NCBI GenBank assembly: GCA_016177245.1
Contig: JACOVR010000046.1
Location: forward strand, 1-25,488
Source of the DNA: Candidatus Wildermuthbacteria bacterium
Lineage (GTDB): Bacteria > Patescibacteriota > Minisyncoccia > Minisyncoccales > UBA10102
DNA: 25,488 nt
Direction of reading: 5' to 3'
Part shown: one piece after another, positions 24,049 through 25,488 of the stretch
How positions within the stretch are numbered: the first letter of the stretch is position 1
Layout: each line of letters begins with the position of its first letter
The notes under the pieces: model-generated
Databases searched by the model: none
Told to the model about the DNA's origin: nothing
The model's input: only the letters and a program-made list of their open reading frames with translations
Program-made: the position numbers and the translations under genes

Positions 24049-24579
24049 GTGCGAAGGTTCATTATAACCCTGGCGGTTCTGGTTTCGATCGTTACGATGG
24101 CGGCATCGTCTTCCACGGCAACAGCAAAGGAACTGGGAGTGTCCGTCAATCAGGCCGGACCGGTCGAGCAGGCAGGGACGACAGTGGTGTCCATCGAGGG
24201 CACCATCGAGTTCGATCCGGTCGTTAAGGTATTACATCAGAGCGACCCGACGATCACCGACGTCGGGGTCGTTATCTATCGACTCGTTACTTACTCCGGT
24301 ACGTTTACCGGAACGATGACTGGCCCGTTCAAGGCAACGGACTGGGCCACTATCAACTTGAGTACCGGAGCAGTCCAGGCCAATGGGATTGCTATTTGCG
24401 AGTGCGCTGTGGGCGACCACAGCGGTCCCCTGTTCGCCAAGACGAAGGCGACGGGGAACATCTTTGCCTTTACTGGTTCGTTTGAAGGTCTGGGCGCCCG
24501 CGGAATCAGGGTGTCCGGTACCTTTGCAGGCCCCACAGGAGGGCCTGCAACCTACGAAGGGGAGGCAGTTATTCGCTAA
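24049..24579 (+). CDS. Secreted beta-rich hypothetical protein, GC-rich
   Basis: Sec signal MRRFIITLAVLVSIVTMAASSSTATA; alternating Gly/Thr beta strands; CEC pair; strong SD. Confidence 0.7.
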   Translation: MRRFIITLAVLVSIVTMAASSSTATAKELGVSVNQAGPVEQAGTTVVSIEGTIEFDPVVKVLHQSDPTITDVGVVIYRLVTYSGTFTGTMTGPFKATDWATINLSTGAVQANGIAICECAVGDHSGPLFAKTKATGNIFAFTGSFEGLGARGIRVSGTFAGPTGGPATYEGEAVIR

Positions 24580-24603
24580 GTCCACGGAACGGTCTTGCGT
24601 AAT

Positions 24604-24640
24604 AGGAGAGGTGGTTCACCCTTTTCCACCCCTCCTTTTT
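24604..24640 (+). terminator. Intrinsic terminator
   Basis: AGGAGAGGTGG/CCACCCCTCCT stem (10/11 paired), 11-nt loop, followed by TTTT. Confidence 0.7.
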
Positions 24641-24760
24641 GTTTACAATGATTTATCATCAAGTTCATGTTCTCATTATTGTTTGGTAGAATAATCTAGC
24701 GATCGCTATATTATTCTGATACTTTTGAGAAAGAGAATTTTATGATACGATGTTTTCGTT

Positions 24761-25488
24761 ATGAAGCTTTCTTGCGGCATTGTGGGGCTGCCTAACGTGG
24801 GAAAATCAACCTTGTTTCAGGCGCTCACAAAAAAACAGGTGAATATCGCAAACTATCCCTTTGCAACCATTGATCCCAACGTGGGCGTGGTTGAGGTGCC
24901 CGACGAGCGCTTGCAAAAACTCGCGCAGCTCTCAAAATCGGCAAAAATTATTCCCGCCGTGGTTGAGTTTGTTGACATTGCAGGGCTTGTAAAGGGAGCC
25001 AACAAGGGCGAGGGATTGGGAAACAAATTTTTGGCGAGCATCAGAGAGGTCGCGGCCATTGTGCAGGTGGTGCGCGCTTTTGAAAACGCAGACATTATTC
25101 ATGTAGAAAAAACTGTTGATCCCCTGCGCGATATTGATACCATTACCACCGAACTTCAGCTCAAAGACCTTGAAACGAAAGAAAAGGGGAGCGAGATACC
25201 AGAGATGCAGCTTTTGGCGAAGAAGCCCGTGATCTATCTGCTGAACGCAGACCCCAAGGAGGTTGCCCAAGAACTTTTGGAGAAAATCAAAAACTTGGGA
25301 GGCCTGCCTGCCGGTAGGCAAGGAGCGGTTGTGGTAGCAAACCTCAAAGACGAGCTTGAGATGCAGCCGCTTTCAGAAGAGGAGCGAAAAGAATTTGGTT
25401 TTGTTTCTCATCTTCCCGAGCTTATTACAAAGGCATACGAAATTTTAAATCTTATTACTTTTCTCACCACCGGCCCCGATGAAACACG
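24761..25488 (+). CDS. ychF: Obg-family ATPase YchF, 3' partial (absent from the ORF track)
   Basis: Hand translation: [49 protein letters not shown], start of [15 protein letters not shown]; open to the window end. Confidence 0.95.
   Translation, partial: MKLSCGIVGLPNVGKSTLFQALTKKQVNIANYPFATIDPNVGVVEVPDERLQKLAQLSKSAKIIPAVVEFVDIAGLVKGANKGEGLGNKFLASIREVAAIVQVVRAFENADIIHVEKTVDPLRDIDTITTELQLKDLETKEKGSEIPEMQLLAKKPVIYLLNADPKEVAQELLEKIKNLGGLPAGRQGAVVVANLKDELEMQPLSEEERKEFGFVSHLPELITKAYEILNLITFLTTGPDET
25303..25323. repeat. Palindromic 21-nt element CCTGCCTGCCGGTAGGCAAGG inside ychF
   Basis: TGCCTGCCGGTAGGCA (25305-25320) is self-complementary apart from one G-T pair; encodes LPAGRQG. Confidence 0.7.

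Noticed and set aside
24383-24694. 103-aa alternative-frame ORF
   Set aside because: It overlaps the secreted-protein gene and its terminator; an expected by-product of high GC.
1-25488. tRNA, rRNA, integrase or transposase genes
   Set aside because: No T-loop/cloverleaf, rRNA signature or recombinase motifs were seen by eye, so the mechanism of accessory-region acquisition is not visible here.

Overview
25.5 kb window in which every supportable gene is on the + strand. The gene content suggests a Patescibacteria/CPR (Parcubacteria-like) genome: split transketolase, archaeal-type PGI/PMI and UMP kinase, DUF5667/DUF5671 envelope proteins, a PaaX/Cas2-like gene, and almost no Shine-Dalgarno sites. 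The taxonomy is inference. Layout: (1) 32-7511, a sugar-phosphate cluster (rpe, transketolase N and C, PfkB kinase, 2-hydroxyacid dehydrogenase, PGI/PMI), interrupted by a MenAT-like nucleotidyltransferase pair, a membrane protein and a wHTH-Cas2-like gene bracketed by two copies of a palindrome. (2) 7577-12363, four envelope proteins, including a six-repeat Cys-rich protein and a DUF5667-Kazal protein. (3) 12363-17864, nth, pterin dehydratase, then DUF763-archease-NUDIX-RtcB and an MFS transporter. (4) 17877-20208, two tandem PD-(D/E)XK nucleases and pyrH. (5) 20241-24640, an accessory region with an orphan Phd-like antitoxin plus toxin remnant, a five-gene cassette (cysteine hydrolase, deaminase, HhH glycosylase, SET, AlkD) and a foreign high-GC secreted-protein gene. 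(6) ychF, missed by the ORF track and running off the window end; it lacks most of its helical domain and carries an in-frame palindromic insert. No tRNA, rRNA, CRISPR array or transposase was found. All family calls are by-eye motif recognition; no database search was run.
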